Notes: generated by a model not told the origin, from the letters alone. A stretch of 64,000 bases of DNA from an uncultured Gammaproteobacteria bacterium (GCA_964493305.1 CAZBLW010000001.1:241484-305483); one strand, 5' to 3'. Positions 36,662 through 45,950 are shown, counted from the stretch's first letter. Made by a program: numbers and translations.

Positions 36662-38659
36662 ATGAACAAAGTTCAAGCTAAAAATAGAATTGCTAAACTA
36701 CGAGCGGAGATTGAACATCACCGCTATTTATATCATGTACTTGATGCACCGGAAATATCTGACGGTGCGTTGGATAGTTTAAAAAATGAGTTAGAAGATT
36801 TGGAACAAGAGTATCCCGAACTTATAACTGCCGATTCACCCACTCAGCGAGTAGGTGGTCGGCCATTGGATAAATTTAAAAAAATTAAACACGACCAGCC
36901 GATGTTGTCCATCAATGATGCTTTTAGCCGACAAGATTTGACTGATTGGTTAACTAAAATTAGCAAGCTAACTAACCGCCAGTTTGATTTTTTTTGCGAA
37001 ACCAAGATGGATGGCTTGGCGGTAACTTTACGCTATGAAAATAAACAGTTAGTTAGAGCAGCCACTCGGGGGGATGGAGAAGTGGGCGAGGATGTAACAA
37101 CAAATATTCGCACGATTGAATCAATACCTTTGCGTTTGCGCGATGAAACCAATGACTTACCCAGCTTAGTTGAAATTCGGGGTGAGGTTTATATGACTAC
37201 CGAGGTATTTGAAAAATTAAATAACGATTTAGCCAAACAAGGAGCAAAAACTTTTGCCAATCCTAGAAATGCTGCGGCTGGATCAATTAGACAACTAGAT
37301 CCAAAACTATCAGCCCAAAGAAAACTTAAATTTATGGCTTACGACATAGTTACTGATTTAGGACTTAAAACTCATCAAGCGGTACATCAGAAATTACAAC
37401 AGATTGGCTTCAGGGCTGGAGATTATTTGCGGTTATGTAAAAATTTGACTGAGGTTTTTAGCTTTTTTCAAGAATTACAAAAAATTAGACCCAAACTACC
37501 TTATTGGATTGACGGGGTAGTGGTCTTGGTAAATGATTTACAAACTTTAAAAGAACTTGGTGTGACCGGCAAAGCACCGCGGGGGATATTGGCTTTAAAA
37601 TTTCCCGCGCAGCAAGTAACAACGATTGTAGAAAATGTTATTGTCCAAGTGGGCCGAACCGGAGTACTGACGCCAGTAGCAGTTTTGCGACCAGTGGCAG
37701 TAGCAGGGACTACGGTGTCGCGGGCGACTTTACACAATTTTGATGAGATCAAACGTTTGGGTATAAAAGTGGGTGATACTGTGATTATTCAAAAAGCCGG
37801 AGATATAATTCCTGAAGTTGTGAAAGTTATAGAAAATTTAAGAACCGGTCAAGAAAAAACTATCAATTTACCCAGTAAGTGCCCGGTTTGTGGGGCGGCG
37901 GTAGTCAAACCAGCTGGTGAAGTAAATTTTTATTGCAGTAATAAACAGTGCTTTGCCAAGCAACAAGAACAGTTATATCATTTTGTTTCTAAAAATGCTT
38001 TTGATATTGCCGGGCTCGGTCCCAAAATAATTGACCAGTTGATTGAAGAAGGTTTGATTGAAGATGCGGCTGATATTTTTGCTCTAACCACCGGTGATTT
38101 AGAACCACTTGATCGCTTTGCTGATAAGTCGGCTAGTAATTTAATTCGTAGTATCAATCAAGCCAAAAAAATTAGTCTATCACGTTTTATTTACGCTCTG
38201 GGTATTCGCCACGTTGGCGAACAAACGGCCCTGGCTCTAGCAGAAAGATTTGGCAGTTTAAATAAAATCCAAAGCGCCAGTCAAGCTGATTTAACAAACG
38301 TCAATGATATTGGAATGGTAGTAGCTAAAAGTATTTATGAATATTTTCATCAACCTAAAAATCTTAAATTATTGACCAAGTTGTTAGCTAGTGGGATTAA
38401 AATAGAAAAAAATAAAATTACAGTTACAGGTAAAAAACTAGCGGGGAAAGTTTTTGTACTAACTGGTACACTGACCAATTTGACTCGTGATCAAGCTAAA
38501 GAAAAAATTCGCCAATACGGCGGGCGGATAAGTTCTAGCGTCAGTAAACAAACTGATTATGTGGTAGCTGGTGATGAACCAGGTTCAAAATATACCCGGG
38601 CTGAAAAATTGGGAATTAAAATATTATCAGAACAAGAGTTTTTTGATTTGGTGAAATAA
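36662..38659 (+). CDS. ligA: NAD-dependent DNA ligase
   Basis: KMDGLAV adenylation motif, OB fold, Zn-finger CPVCG...C, HhH and BRCT regions. Confidence 0.9.
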   Translation: MNKVQAKNRIAKLRAEIEHHRYLYHVLDAPEISDGALDSLKNELEDLEQEYPELITADSPTQRVGGRPLDKFKKIKHDQPMLSINDAFSRQDLTDWLTKISKLTNRQFDFFCETKMDGLAVTLRYENKQLVRAATRGDGEVGEDVTTNIRTIESIPLRLRDETNDLPSLVEIRGEVYMTTEVFEKLNNDLAKQGAKTFANPRNAAAGSIRQLDPKLSAQRKLKFMAYDIVTDLGLKTHQAVHQKLQQIGFRAGDYLRLCKNLTEVFSFFQELQKIRPKLPYWIDGVVVLVNDLQTLKELGVTGKAPRGILALKFPAQQVTTIVENVIVQVGRTGVLTPVAVLRPVAVAGTTVSRATLHNFDEIKRLGIKVGDTVIIQKAGDIIPEVVKVIENLRTGQEKTINLPSKCPVCGAAVVKPAGEVNFYCSNKQCFAKQQEQLYHFVSKNAFDIAGLGPKIIDQLIEEGLIEDAADIFALTTGDLEPLDRFADKSASNLIRSINQAKKISLSRFIYALGIRHVGEQTALALAERFGSLNKIQSASQADLTNVNDIGMVVAKSIYEYFHQPKNLKLLTKLLASGIKIEKNKITVTGKKLAGKVFVLTGTLTNLTRDQAKEKIRQYGGRISSSVSKQTDYVVAGDEPGSKYTRAEKLGIKILSEQEFFDLVK

Positions 38660-38730
38660 AAAAATATTTTTATTTCTACTTTTTGTCAGCCTGTCTCGCC
38701 GACAAGGCGGGCAAAAAGTAGCAAAAAACT

Positions 38731-38862
38731 GCCGACCAGCGCTGCTGTTCAGGCAAAATTGCCAATCCGCTCACGTACCTCTCAAAATCGCTGACGCTAG
38801 AGTTGAGAGGTATATACCGCTCGCTTCTTGGCAATTTTTCACTTCAGGTACCGGAAGGTCGG
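38731..38862. other. Nested-helix structured element (three concentric perfect helices with sequence-symmetric internal loops); ncRNA or DNA structural repeat candidate
   Basis: Read directly: CCGACC(38732-38737)/GGTCGG(38857-38862); AAAATTGCCAA(38755-38765)/TTGGCAATTTT(38828-38838); TACCTCTCAA(38776-38785)/TTGAGAGGTA(38803-38812). Both strands of the internal loops carry TTCAGG and CCGCTC. The region is GC-rich relative to its flanks. Confidence 0.3.
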
Positions 38863-38912
38863 AAAGAAATTATAATTAAAAAGCTGTCTTTTTTGACAGC
38901 TAATTTTTTTTG

Positions 38913-38985
38913 AGCAGAGAGAGGGATTCGAACTCCTCAACCTTTGTCTTATGAGACAACGCTCTCCCAATTGAGCTATCTCTGC
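38913..38985 (-). tRNA. tRNA-like gene with CAU anticodon (Met/Ile2-like) but noncanonical anticodon arm and T-stem; possibly a pseudogene
   Basis: Minus-strand fold: acceptor GCAGAGA/UCUCUGC (perfect), D-arm GCUC-AAUUGGGA-GAGC. The anticodon region UUGUCUCAUAAGACAA gives only a 6-nt loop (UCAUAA) or a 6-bp stem with a 4-nt loop. The T-arm is AGGAG-UUCGAAU-CCCUC with a bulged A. No CCA is encoded; a hairpin plus U-run follows. Confidence 0.45.
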
Positions 38986-39201
38986 AGTTTTATTAAATTT
39001 TAAATAAAGGTGGGGTTGGTAAATGGTAATTTACCAGTAATCTCACAAGGATTATCCATCACTCGCGGAAGATTGTACCCCACCGGTAAATAATGAACAG
39101 TTTTCTATCTTAAATAATTTGCTAAAATTTGTCAAATTCTAGATTCTAGATTTAAAATTCAATAATATTGGCATTTTACGGTTATCTGTTAAAATAAGAA
39201 T

Positions 39202-39483
39202 ATGATTGATAAAAAACAAATTGACCATTTGGCCAAGTTATCTCGTATAAGTATTGAGTCGGCGGAAATTAAATCATTTCAAAAACAGATTGATGAAATA
39301 TTAAATTTTGTGGCGATTTTACAAAAAGTTGATACTACTGGTATAAAACCTGGTTTTTATTTAGACGAACAGTCGAAAACTCGAACTGATGAAATAAAAG
39401 CATCAGTTGAACAAAAAGATATTTTAGACGCTATGCCACAAGTAGTAGATGGTTTACTTAAAACACCGAAAATATTTTCATGA
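39202..39483 (+). CDS. gatC: Asp/Glu-tRNA(Asn/Gln) amidotransferase subunit C
   Basis: 93-aa GatC-like sequence immediately upstream of and overlapping gatA. Confidence 0.8.
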   Translation: MIDKKQIDHLAKLSRISIESAEIKSFQKQIDEILNFVAILQKVDTTGIKPGFYLDEQSKTRTDEIKASVEQKDILDAMPQVVDGLLKTPKIFS

Positions 39484-40934
39484 ACTCTAACCCCAAAACA
39501 ATTTTTGATTTGAATAAGGACTTAATCACTAAAAAAATTAGTGCGGTTGAATTATTGGATTTATATAACAAAAAAATTGAAAAAGTTGAAAGTAAAGTGC
39601 AAGCTTTTATAACTTTAGATATAGCATCAGCTAAACAGCAAGCTGTCTTGGTGGATAAAAAAATTGCTAAGGGAGAAAAAATTTCTTTACTGGCTGGCTT
39701 GCCAGCAGGGATCAAAGATGTGTTGATGACCAAAGGTATAAAAACTACGGCTGGTTCAAAAATATTGTCCAAATATCAAGCTGTTTATGATGCCACTGTA
39801 ATAAAAAAATTAAAACAACAGGATTTTGTAATGGTTGGTAAAACCAATTGTGATGAATTTGCCATGGGCTCCAGTACAGAAAATTCTGCTTTTTATCCCA
39901 CAAAAAATCCCCATGATTTAGCTTGTGTGCCTGGTGGTAGTAGTGGCGGAAGTGCGGCGGCGGTGGCAGCTGGTGAAGTGGTTTATTCCTTAGGTACTGA
40001 TACTGGCGGTTCAATTCGTCAACCGGCTGCATTTTGCGGTGTGGTTGGTCTCAAACCCACTTATGGTTTGGTCTCCCGTTTTGGTTTGATTGCTATGGCC
40101 TCTTCACTGGATAGTATTGGACCCTTTACCAACACTGTGGCTGAAGCCGCAGCAGTTTTAAATGGATTAGCTGGTACTGATGAGCTTGATGCCACCACTC
40201 AAAAAGTTACTGTTCCGGACTACCTGGCTAGTATTAAAAAAGATATTAAAGGTAAAAAAATTGGTTTACCCAAAGAATATTTTGTAACCGGTTTGGATAA
40301 AAATATCAAAAAAATCATCATGACTTTAGTTGATAAATTAGCAAACAGCGGAGCAATAATTGAAGAAGTTAGTTTACCTCTGACAGAATATGCCTTACCG
40401 GTTTATTATATTATTATGCCGGCTGAAGTTAGTGCCAATTTAGCCAAATTTGATGGTCTGCGTTTCGGTACCAGAGGTAAGGCTCAGGAAAGTTTATTTG
40501 CTTATTATTCCCAGACTAGAGGAGAAGGTTTTGGTGATGAAGTCAGGCGAAGGGTATTGATAGGAACTTATGTATTGTCAGCCGGTTATGTGGATGCTTA
40601 TTATTTGCAAGCGCAAAAAGTGCGCACAAAAATCTATCAAGATTTTAATAAAGTTTTTTCTCAAGTTGATTTATTGTTAACTCCTACTACCCCGACGACT
40701 GCTTTTAAATTGGGGGAAAAATTAAGTGATCCATTGCAAATGTATTTATCCGACATTTATACAGTTTCAGCAAATTTAGCCGGGCATCCTGGTTTGTCAG
40801 TACCAGTGGGTTCAGTAGACAATTTACCAGTTGGAGTTCAGTTAATGGGACCGCGTTTTACCGAGGATTTATTATTTACCGTGGGCGCGGCTATAGAAAA
40901 GCTTAGAGAACCAATTAAACCGGCGGTGTTATGA
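39480..40934 (+). CDS. gatA: Asp/Glu-tRNA(Asn/Gln) amidotransferase subunit A (amidase family)
   Basis: Amidase signature GGSSGGSAAAVAAGE and GTDTGGSIRQPA. Confidence 0.9.
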   Translation: MNSNPKTIFDLNKDLITKKISAVELLDLYNKKIEKVESKVQAFITLDIASAKQQAVLVDKKIAKGEKISLLAGLPAGIKDVLMTKGIKTTAGSKILSKYQAVYDATVIKKLKQQDFVMVGKTNCDEFAMGSSTENSAFYPTKNPHDLACVPGGSSGGSAAAVAAGEVVYSLGTDTGGSIRQPAAFCGVVGLKPTYGLVSRFGLIAMASSLDSIGPFTNTVAEAAAVLNGLAGTDELDATTQKVTVPDYLASIKKDIKGKKIGLPKEYFVTGLDKNIKKIIMTLVDKLANSGAIIEEVSLPLTEYALPVYYIIMPAEVSANLAKFDGLRFGTRGKAQESLFAYYSQTRGEGFGDEVRRRVLIGTYVLSAGYVDAYYLQAQKVRTKIYQDFNKVFSQVDLLLTPTTPTTAFKLGEKLSDPLQMYLSDIYTVSANLAGHPGLSVPVGSVDNLPVGVQLMGPRFTEDLLFTVGAAIEKLREPIKPAVL

Positions 40935-41347
40935 TAATATTAGGTATAGTAGCGTTGCTTGTGCTGATAGTGATGGTAGTGGTGGTCGCGGTTAGATCTG
41001 ACCGTGACTATACTGAATTGGATATATCAAAATGGCGTAATGACTGGCAGCAGATCCAGCAATTGGTAGCTACTTCAGAACAGTTTGCCTGGCGACAAGC
41101 AGTGATTGAGGCCGATAGTTTGTTTGATAAATTTTTAAAACACCAAGGTGTGGGTGGTTCTTCGTTTGGTGATAGATTAAAAATTATACAAAGTCGTTAT
41201 CCAGCTTTGCGCCAAGTTTGGCCGGCTCATTTGTTGCGTAACCGTTTGGTGCATGAACACGATTTTGTTTTAAAACAAGCTGAGGCCAAAAAAGCTATCG
41301 TAATTTTTGCTCAAGGTTTCAAAACATTAGGATTAAATTTAAATTAA
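40931..41347 (+). CDS. Hypothetical membrane-anchored protein
   Basis: N-terminal TM; no family. Sits where gatB might be expected, and gatB is absent from the window. Confidence 0.4.
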   Translation: MIILGIVALLVLIVMVVVVAVRSDRDYTELDISKWRNDWQQIQQLVATSEQFAWRQAVIEADSLFDKFLKHQGVGGSSFGDRLKIIQSRYPALRQVWPAHLLRNRLVHEHDFVLKQAEAKKAIVIFAQGFKTLGLNLN

Positions 41348-41351
41348 AAAT

Positions 41352-42332
41352 ATGACCAATAACAACAACCATCCGGACTTGGCTAGTTTACAGTCCAGAA
41401 CCCTGGATTTAATAATTGCCGGCGGGGGACCAGCTGGTATGAGTGCGGCAGTTTATTCTTCTCGGCGCAAATTGGATACTTTAGTAATTACCAATGATAT
41501 TGGTGGTCAAACCAATTGGTCGGCTGAAGTAGAAAATTATTTAGGGTATGAGTTTATGTCTGGTTATGAATTATCACAAAAATTTTATGCCCATGTCAAA
41601 AAAATTGATGATGATAATGCTCTGTTTGATTTGGAATTGCTGGAAAATGACCCAGTTGTAAAAATTGAACCAGAGGATAATGAATTTATCGTAACCACTC
41701 AAAGTAATAAAAAATTTAGGTCACGGTCGGTATTGCTAGCTACTGGTGCCAAACCTCGCAATTTAAATATTCCCGGGGAAAAAGAATTAATTGGTCGTGG
41801 TGTGACCTTTTGTGCCACCTGTGACGGTCCGCTTTATCGGGATAAAACCATAGCAATTATCGGTGGGGGAAATAGCGCTATGGAAGCAGTGTTGTATTTA
41901 ACCAAAATTGTCCGTGCGCTTTATGTAATCAATATCAACGAGAATTTTCGGGGAGAAACTACCTTAGCTGAAGAGATTGCTAAATTAGCCAACGTAACAG
42001 TTAAAAATAATACTGATACTCTGGCCATGGCCGGTACTGGTAAGTTGGAAAAAATTAAAATAAAAAATAAAAAAACTTTACAAGAAGAATGGATTGAGGT
42101 TGACGGTGTATTTGAAGAAATTGGTTATGAACCCAACAGCGGCCCTTTTGCTAACTTGGTAAAATTGAATCAAAAAGGCGAGATTATCATTGATGAGAGA
42201 AATCGTACTTCAGTGCCTGGTATATTTGCCGCTGGTGATGTATCCAGTGTAACGCAAAAGCAGATAATCATTGCCGCTGGCGAAGGTGCCAAGGCGGTAC
42301 TGGAAATATATAATTATTTATTACCAAAATAA
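41352..42332 (+). CDS. trxB: Thioredoxin-disulfide reductase
   Basis: FAD (IIAGGGPAGMSAA) and NADPH (IIGGGNSAMEA) Rossmann motifs, redox-active CATCDG, GIFAAGDV. Confidence 0.8.
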   Translation: MTNNNNHPDLASLQSRTLDLIIAGGGPAGMSAAVYSSRRKLDTLVITNDIGGQTNWSAEVENYLGYEFMSGYELSQKFYAHVKKIDDDNALFDLELLENDPVVKIEPEDNEFIVTTQSNKKFRSRSVLLATGAKPRNLNIPGEKELIGRGVTFCATCDGPLYRDKTIAIIGGGNSAMEAVLYLTKIVRALYVININENFRGETTLAEEIAKLANVTVKNNTDTLAMAGTGKLEKIKIKNKKTLQEEWIEVDGVFEEIGYEPNSGPFANLVKLNQKGEIIIDERNRTSVPGIFAAGDVSSVTQKQIIIAAGEGAKAVLEIYNYLLPK

Positions 42333-42706
42333 TGTCTAAAAAAACAGTTGCTATTGTTGGTGCTTCACGCGACGCCAAAAAATATTCGCACAAGGCAGTT
42401 AAAGCATTTTTGAATAGTGGTTACAAAGTTTATCCCATCAATCCGCACGCCTCAAAAATAAACGATTTGTATTGTTATGCTGATATTGAAGATTTGCCAG
42501 AAACAGTTGACGAAATAAGTATTTATTTGCCACCATATCTAACTATTGGGGTATTGCAATCACTAATTGATTATCCAGTAAAAAAGATATATTTAAACCC
42601 AGGTAGTGCTGATGATATAGTTAGAAGTATGGCTGATAAGTTACAGTTGCCAATTGTGGAAGCATGCAGTATTCGCAGTCAGGGACAGGATCCGGATGTG
42701 TTATAA
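42332..42706 (+). CDS. CoA-binding domain protein
   Basis: TVAIVGASRDAKKYSHKAVKAFLNSGYKVYPINP pattern. Confidence 0.65.
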   Translation: MSKKTVAIVGASRDAKKYSHKAVKAFLNSGYKVYPINPHASKINDLYCYADIEDLPETVDEISIYLPPYLTIGVLQSLIDYPVKKIYLNPGSADDIVRSMADKLQLPIVEACSIRSQGQDPDVL

Positions 42707-42742
42707 TAAAAATTATAAATTATAAATTTTAAATTATAAAAT

Positions 42743-43351
42743 ATGACCAATAAAACAAATCTTTTTTTTATCATTGCCGGGGTAATAGTAGTTATCGGCG
42801 GTATTGGTATCTGGTTGAGTATGGGAAGTGCGCCTACTTATGAAAATGTTGCTAGTGAGCGACCTTTTAAAGGTGGGGCTGAAGCAACAGTAGTAGTTGA
42901 AGAATTTTCTGATTTTCAATGTCCGGCATGCAAAGCAGCACAGGATACAGTTAAACAAATAGTCAATGAATACGGCGATAGAATTAAACTTGAATTTAAA
43001 CATTTTCCCCTAACTACCATCCACCCTCAAGCTTTCAGGGCGGCACTGGCCTCTGAATGTGCCAATGACCAAGGCAAATTTTGGGAATATCATGATTTAT
43101 TGTTTATGAACCAACCCAGTTTTTCTCCCAGTGAACTGGTTTCCTATGCTGAAGGATTGGGTTTGAATACAGAATCATTCTCAGCTTGTCTTGATAGTCG
43201 GGCCAAAAATGATGTAGTCAGGGCTGATATGGATGAAGGTAAAAGTAGACAAATTAATGCCACTCCTACTTTTTTTGTGAACGGACAAATTGTTCAAAAT
43301 TGGACACAATTAAGTGATATAATCTCCGCCGCGTTGGGAGAACAAAATTAA
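42743..43351 (+). CDS. DsbA-like thiol:disulfide oxidoreductase, membrane-anchored
   Basis: N-terminal TM, thioredoxin fold with CPAC active site. Confidence 0.75.
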   Translation: MTNKTNLFFIIAGVIVVIGGIGIWLSMGSAPTYENVASERPFKGGAEATVVVEEFSDFQCPACKAAQDTVKQIVNEYGDRIKLEFKHFPLTTIHPQAFRAALASECANDQGKFWEYHDLLFMNQPSFSPSELVSYAEGLGLNTESFSACLDSRAKNDVVRADMDEGKSRQINATPTFFVNGQIVQNWTQLSDIISAALGEQN

Positions 43352-43422
43352 TTTTAAATTTTCAATTATAAATTATAAAGATATTTTTAAAATTTATAAT
43401 TTATAATTAATAATTCTCAAAA

Positions 43423-44220
43423 ATGTTTTCCTGGTTACATAGTTATGTGCCATCTCCGATTTTAGTAGATTTTGGAATTATCCAAATACATTGGTACGGG
43501 TTATTGATGCTTTTTAGTATACTAGTAGCTTTTTTTGTTTTATATAAAAAAGCTGAAATTTTTTCTTTAACCAGGGAGCAAGTTTGGGATTTGTTATTTT
43601 GGTTGGTAATTGGTGGTCTGTTGGGAGCTAGGATTTATGAAGTATTATTGGTTGAACCAAGTTTTTATTTTTCTCACCCCGTACAGATTGTAAAAGTTTG
43701 GCAGGGAGGGCTAGCAATTCATGGTGCTTGGCTGGGGGGACTAATTGTTTTGTGGTTATATAGTAGAAAATGGAAAATTGCTTTGGGAAAATTGACTGAC
43801 GCTATAGCATTTGTTTTACCTTTGGGACAAGCCATTGGTCGTTGGGGCAATTATTTCAATCAGGAGTTGTATGGATTGCCGACTAATTTACCTTGGGGTA
43901 TACCAATAAATCCGATTAATCGTTTAGTGGAATATTCATCATTTAACTATTTTCACCCCACGTATTTGTATGAATCAATTGGAAATTTTTTTATATTTTT
44001 TATTTTATTGTGGTTGATTGGCAAAAAAAGATTTGTTGGTCAAATTACTCTAGTATATTTGGGCCTTTATTCGTTGTTGCGACTGATTTTAGAGTTTATC
44101 CGACTGGATCCAGCACTTATGATATATGGCCTCCGCTGGCCAATTATATTTAGTTTGTTATCAATTTTGCTAGTTATAATTTTATATTTTAAATTATATC
44201 TTCAGCACGCAAAGTCTTGA
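43423..44220 (+). CDS. lgt: Prolipoprotein diacylglyceryl transferase
   Basis: Lgt signature region GQAIGRWGNYFNQELYG and polytopic topology. Confidence 0.85.
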   Translation: MFSWLHSYVPSPILVDFGIIQIHWYGLLMLFSILVAFFVLYKKAEIFSLTREQVWDLLFWLVIGGLLGARIYEVLLVEPSFYFSHPVQIVKVWQGGLAIHGAWLGGLIVLWLYSRKWKIALGKLTDAIAFVLPLGQAIGRWGNYFNQELYGLPTNLPWGIPINPINRLVEYSSFNYFHPTYLYESIGNFFIFFILLWLIGKKRFVGQITLVYLGLYSLLRLILEFIRLDPALMIYGLRWPIIFSLLSILLVIILYFKLYLQHAKS

Positions 44221-44269
44221 TTTATTTATTGTTTAGAGTATAATAGTTTTATTGCCTTTTATAATTTAC

Positions 44270-44346
44270 GGGGTCGTAGTTCAGTTGGTTAGAACGCCTG
44301 CCTGTCACGCAGGAGGTCGAGGGTTCGAGTCCCTTCGGCCCCGCCA
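44270..44346 (+). tRNA. tRNA-Asp (anticodon GTC), CCA encoded
   Basis: Manual cloverleaf: acceptor GGGGTCG/CGGCCCC (one G-U), D-arm GTTC/GAAC, anticodon arm CCTGC-CTGTCAC-GCAGG, T-arm GAGGG-TTCGAGT-CCCTT, discriminator G. Confidence 0.9.
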
Positions 44347-44512
44347 TTAAAAAAACTTTAACTTTCATTAAGGTTTTTTTAATACCTGCGTTGCAGGTAT
44401 GGACTCGAAGGGTACTGAAAAAATATGAACAGTTTCATAATTTTTCTGACCCAGGCTTTGGAGGAGAAGCGAAGCCTGCGACAAAGTCGCGTGCTGAGCT
44501 TCGGGGGAAAAG

Positions 44513-44535
44513 GAGTCCCTTCGGCCCCGCCATTA
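44513..44535 (+). repeat. 23-nt direct repeat of the tRNA-Asp 3' end (GAGTCCCTTCGGCCCCGCCATTA), right copy; left copy is 44327-44349 inside the tRNA
   Basis: Exact 23/23 identity. The 163-nt spacer between the copies is AT-rich with hairpins (AAAAAAACTTTAA/TTAAGGTTTTTTT, ACCTGC-GTT-GCAGGT, GCGAC-AAA-GTCGC). The pattern looks like attL/attR of a tRNA-targeted integration with the element body missing. Confidence 0.65.
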
Positions 44536-44578
44536 TTAAATCGCCCATTTGGCGATTTTTTTGCTATAATAAATAACA

Positions 44579-45787
44579 ATGAGTAAAAAATTATTACTAT
44601 TATTATTAGTTTTTGCCTTTTTACCTATACAAGAACTAAAAGCGGCCGATGATTTGACAACTAGACTTTCAGGACGAATCTTGTTGCAAGTGGAAAGTTA
44701 TGGTCGAGCTTGGTATGTGGATCCTATTAGTATGTCTAGATATTATTTGCGTGATGGCGAAGAAGCATTTACTATCATGCGTTCGCTGGGACTAGGTATA
44801 ACCAATAAAGATTTAGCCAAACTTCCAACTAAAAAAGGCGAGTTGGGTGATCAAAAATTAATCCAGAGATTAAAAGGGCGGATTTTGTTGCAAGTGGAAA
44901 ATCATGGGGAAGCCTGGTATGTAAATCCAGTGGATGGACTGCGATATTATTTGCCCAATCGAGAAGCGGCTTTTAATATGTTGCGGCAATTCGGTTTAGG
45001 CATAAATAATGACAATTTACGATCAATTACAATGAATTCAAAACAAATTGCCCATGATACTACATTCAATGATGTGGCTTATGTTCGTTATGACGGTAAA
45101 AATTTTAGCCAAGGTTATAATGCTGATATTATTTTACCACCGGCTAGTTTGACTAAACTGATGACCGCCTTGGTTTTACTTGATTTAAATCCTGACTGGC
45201 AAAAAATTATTACTATCACTTCAGAGCAACTTGATTATCCTAAAAGCTTAGTGGGTGAAGATGTCACTAGTGAAGTTGATTTACAAACAGGGGATAGATT
45301 AACATTTTATGATTTATGGTTGGCAATGCTGATTGCTTCATCCAATCAAGCCACCGTGGCTTTAGTAGATAATTCTGGCCTGTCACGCATTGAATTTATC
45401 ACTGCGATGAATAAAAAAGCCACAGATTTGGGATTAGCTAAAACTTTATTTTTTGATATGACCGGTCTTAATGCTCACAATGTCACCACTGCTAAAGAAA
45501 TGGCCCAGCTCGCATTTTTAGCTTTTAGTAAAAATAATATTATTACAGCCAGCCAGGTTAAAGATTATGTAGCCCAAGTCAGAGATACTAGTGAGCAAAT
45601 TCGACAAGTAAAAATAGTGGATCGTAACTATAGTTTACAAAATTTTACCCCAGTGGCAGCTAAAACCGGGTTTTTGGTCGAAGCCCAACGCACAGTAGTA
45701 CTGAAAAAGAATGATATAATTGTTTGTGTATTACATGCTTTAAGTATGGAACAAAGAAATAATATCATCAAAAAATTATTAGAATAA
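44579..45787 (+). CDS. D-alanyl-D-alanine carboxypeptidase (S11, DacA-like) with two N-terminal ~45-aa repeats
   Basis: Signal peptide; tandem GRILLQVE..G.AWYV.P....RYYL repeats; SxxK (ASLTK) and downstream SxN/KTG-like motifs. Confidence 0.75.
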   Translation: MSKKLLLLLLVFAFLPIQELKAADDLTTRLSGRILLQVESYGRAWYVDPISMSRYYLRDGEEAFTIMRSLGLGITNKDLAKLPTKKGELGDQKLIQRLKGRILLQVENHGEAWYVNPVDGLRYYLPNREAAFNMLRQFGLGINNDNLRSITMNSKQIAHDTTFNDVAYVRYDGKNFSQGYNADIILPPASLTKLMTALVLLDLNPDWQKIITITSEQLDYPKSLVGEDVTSEVDLQTGDRLTFYDLWLAMLIASSNQATVALVDNSGLSRIEFITAMNKKATDLGLAKTLFFDMTGLNAHNVTTAKEMAQLAFLAFSKNNIITASQVKDYVAQVRDTSEQIRQVKIVDRNYSLQNFTPVAAKTGFLVEAQRTVVLKKNDIIVCVLHALSMEQRNNIIKKLLE

Positions 45788-45950
45788 ATTATGGATCATA
45801 AAAAAGCTGCCAAAGTTTTAATAAAATTGTTAGAAAAACCAAAATTTTCCCCTGGAGAAAAACAAGCCTTACTTACCGCTATTGGGGTTTTAAGTTGGAC
45901 CAGTTTAGCCCAAAGCCGTCTAAAAAATAAAAAAAATTTATCAAAATATA

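Noticed and set aside
21993-36665. Numerous 60-130-aa antisense or overlapping ORFs within the site-2 protease and pil genes (for example 22535-22777, 24810-24992, 27325-27552, 28606-28998, 29233-29760, 30467-30986, 31207-31467, 31855-32187, 33596-33853, 34708-34911, 35867-36157, 36456-36665)
   Set aside because: Each lies fully inside a confidently assigned gene on the other strand or frame and shows no domain signal. They are typical AT-rich-genome shadow ORFs.
39458-40032. Two minus-strand ORFs overlapping gatC/gatA
   Set aside because: They are antisense to strongly supported gatCA.
44379-44579. 61- and 66-aa ORFs in the spacer between the tRNA-Asp 3' repeats
   Set aside because: They overlap each other on opposite strands in a hairpin-rich spacer, with no SD. 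They are treated as non-coding cargo of the att-like scar.
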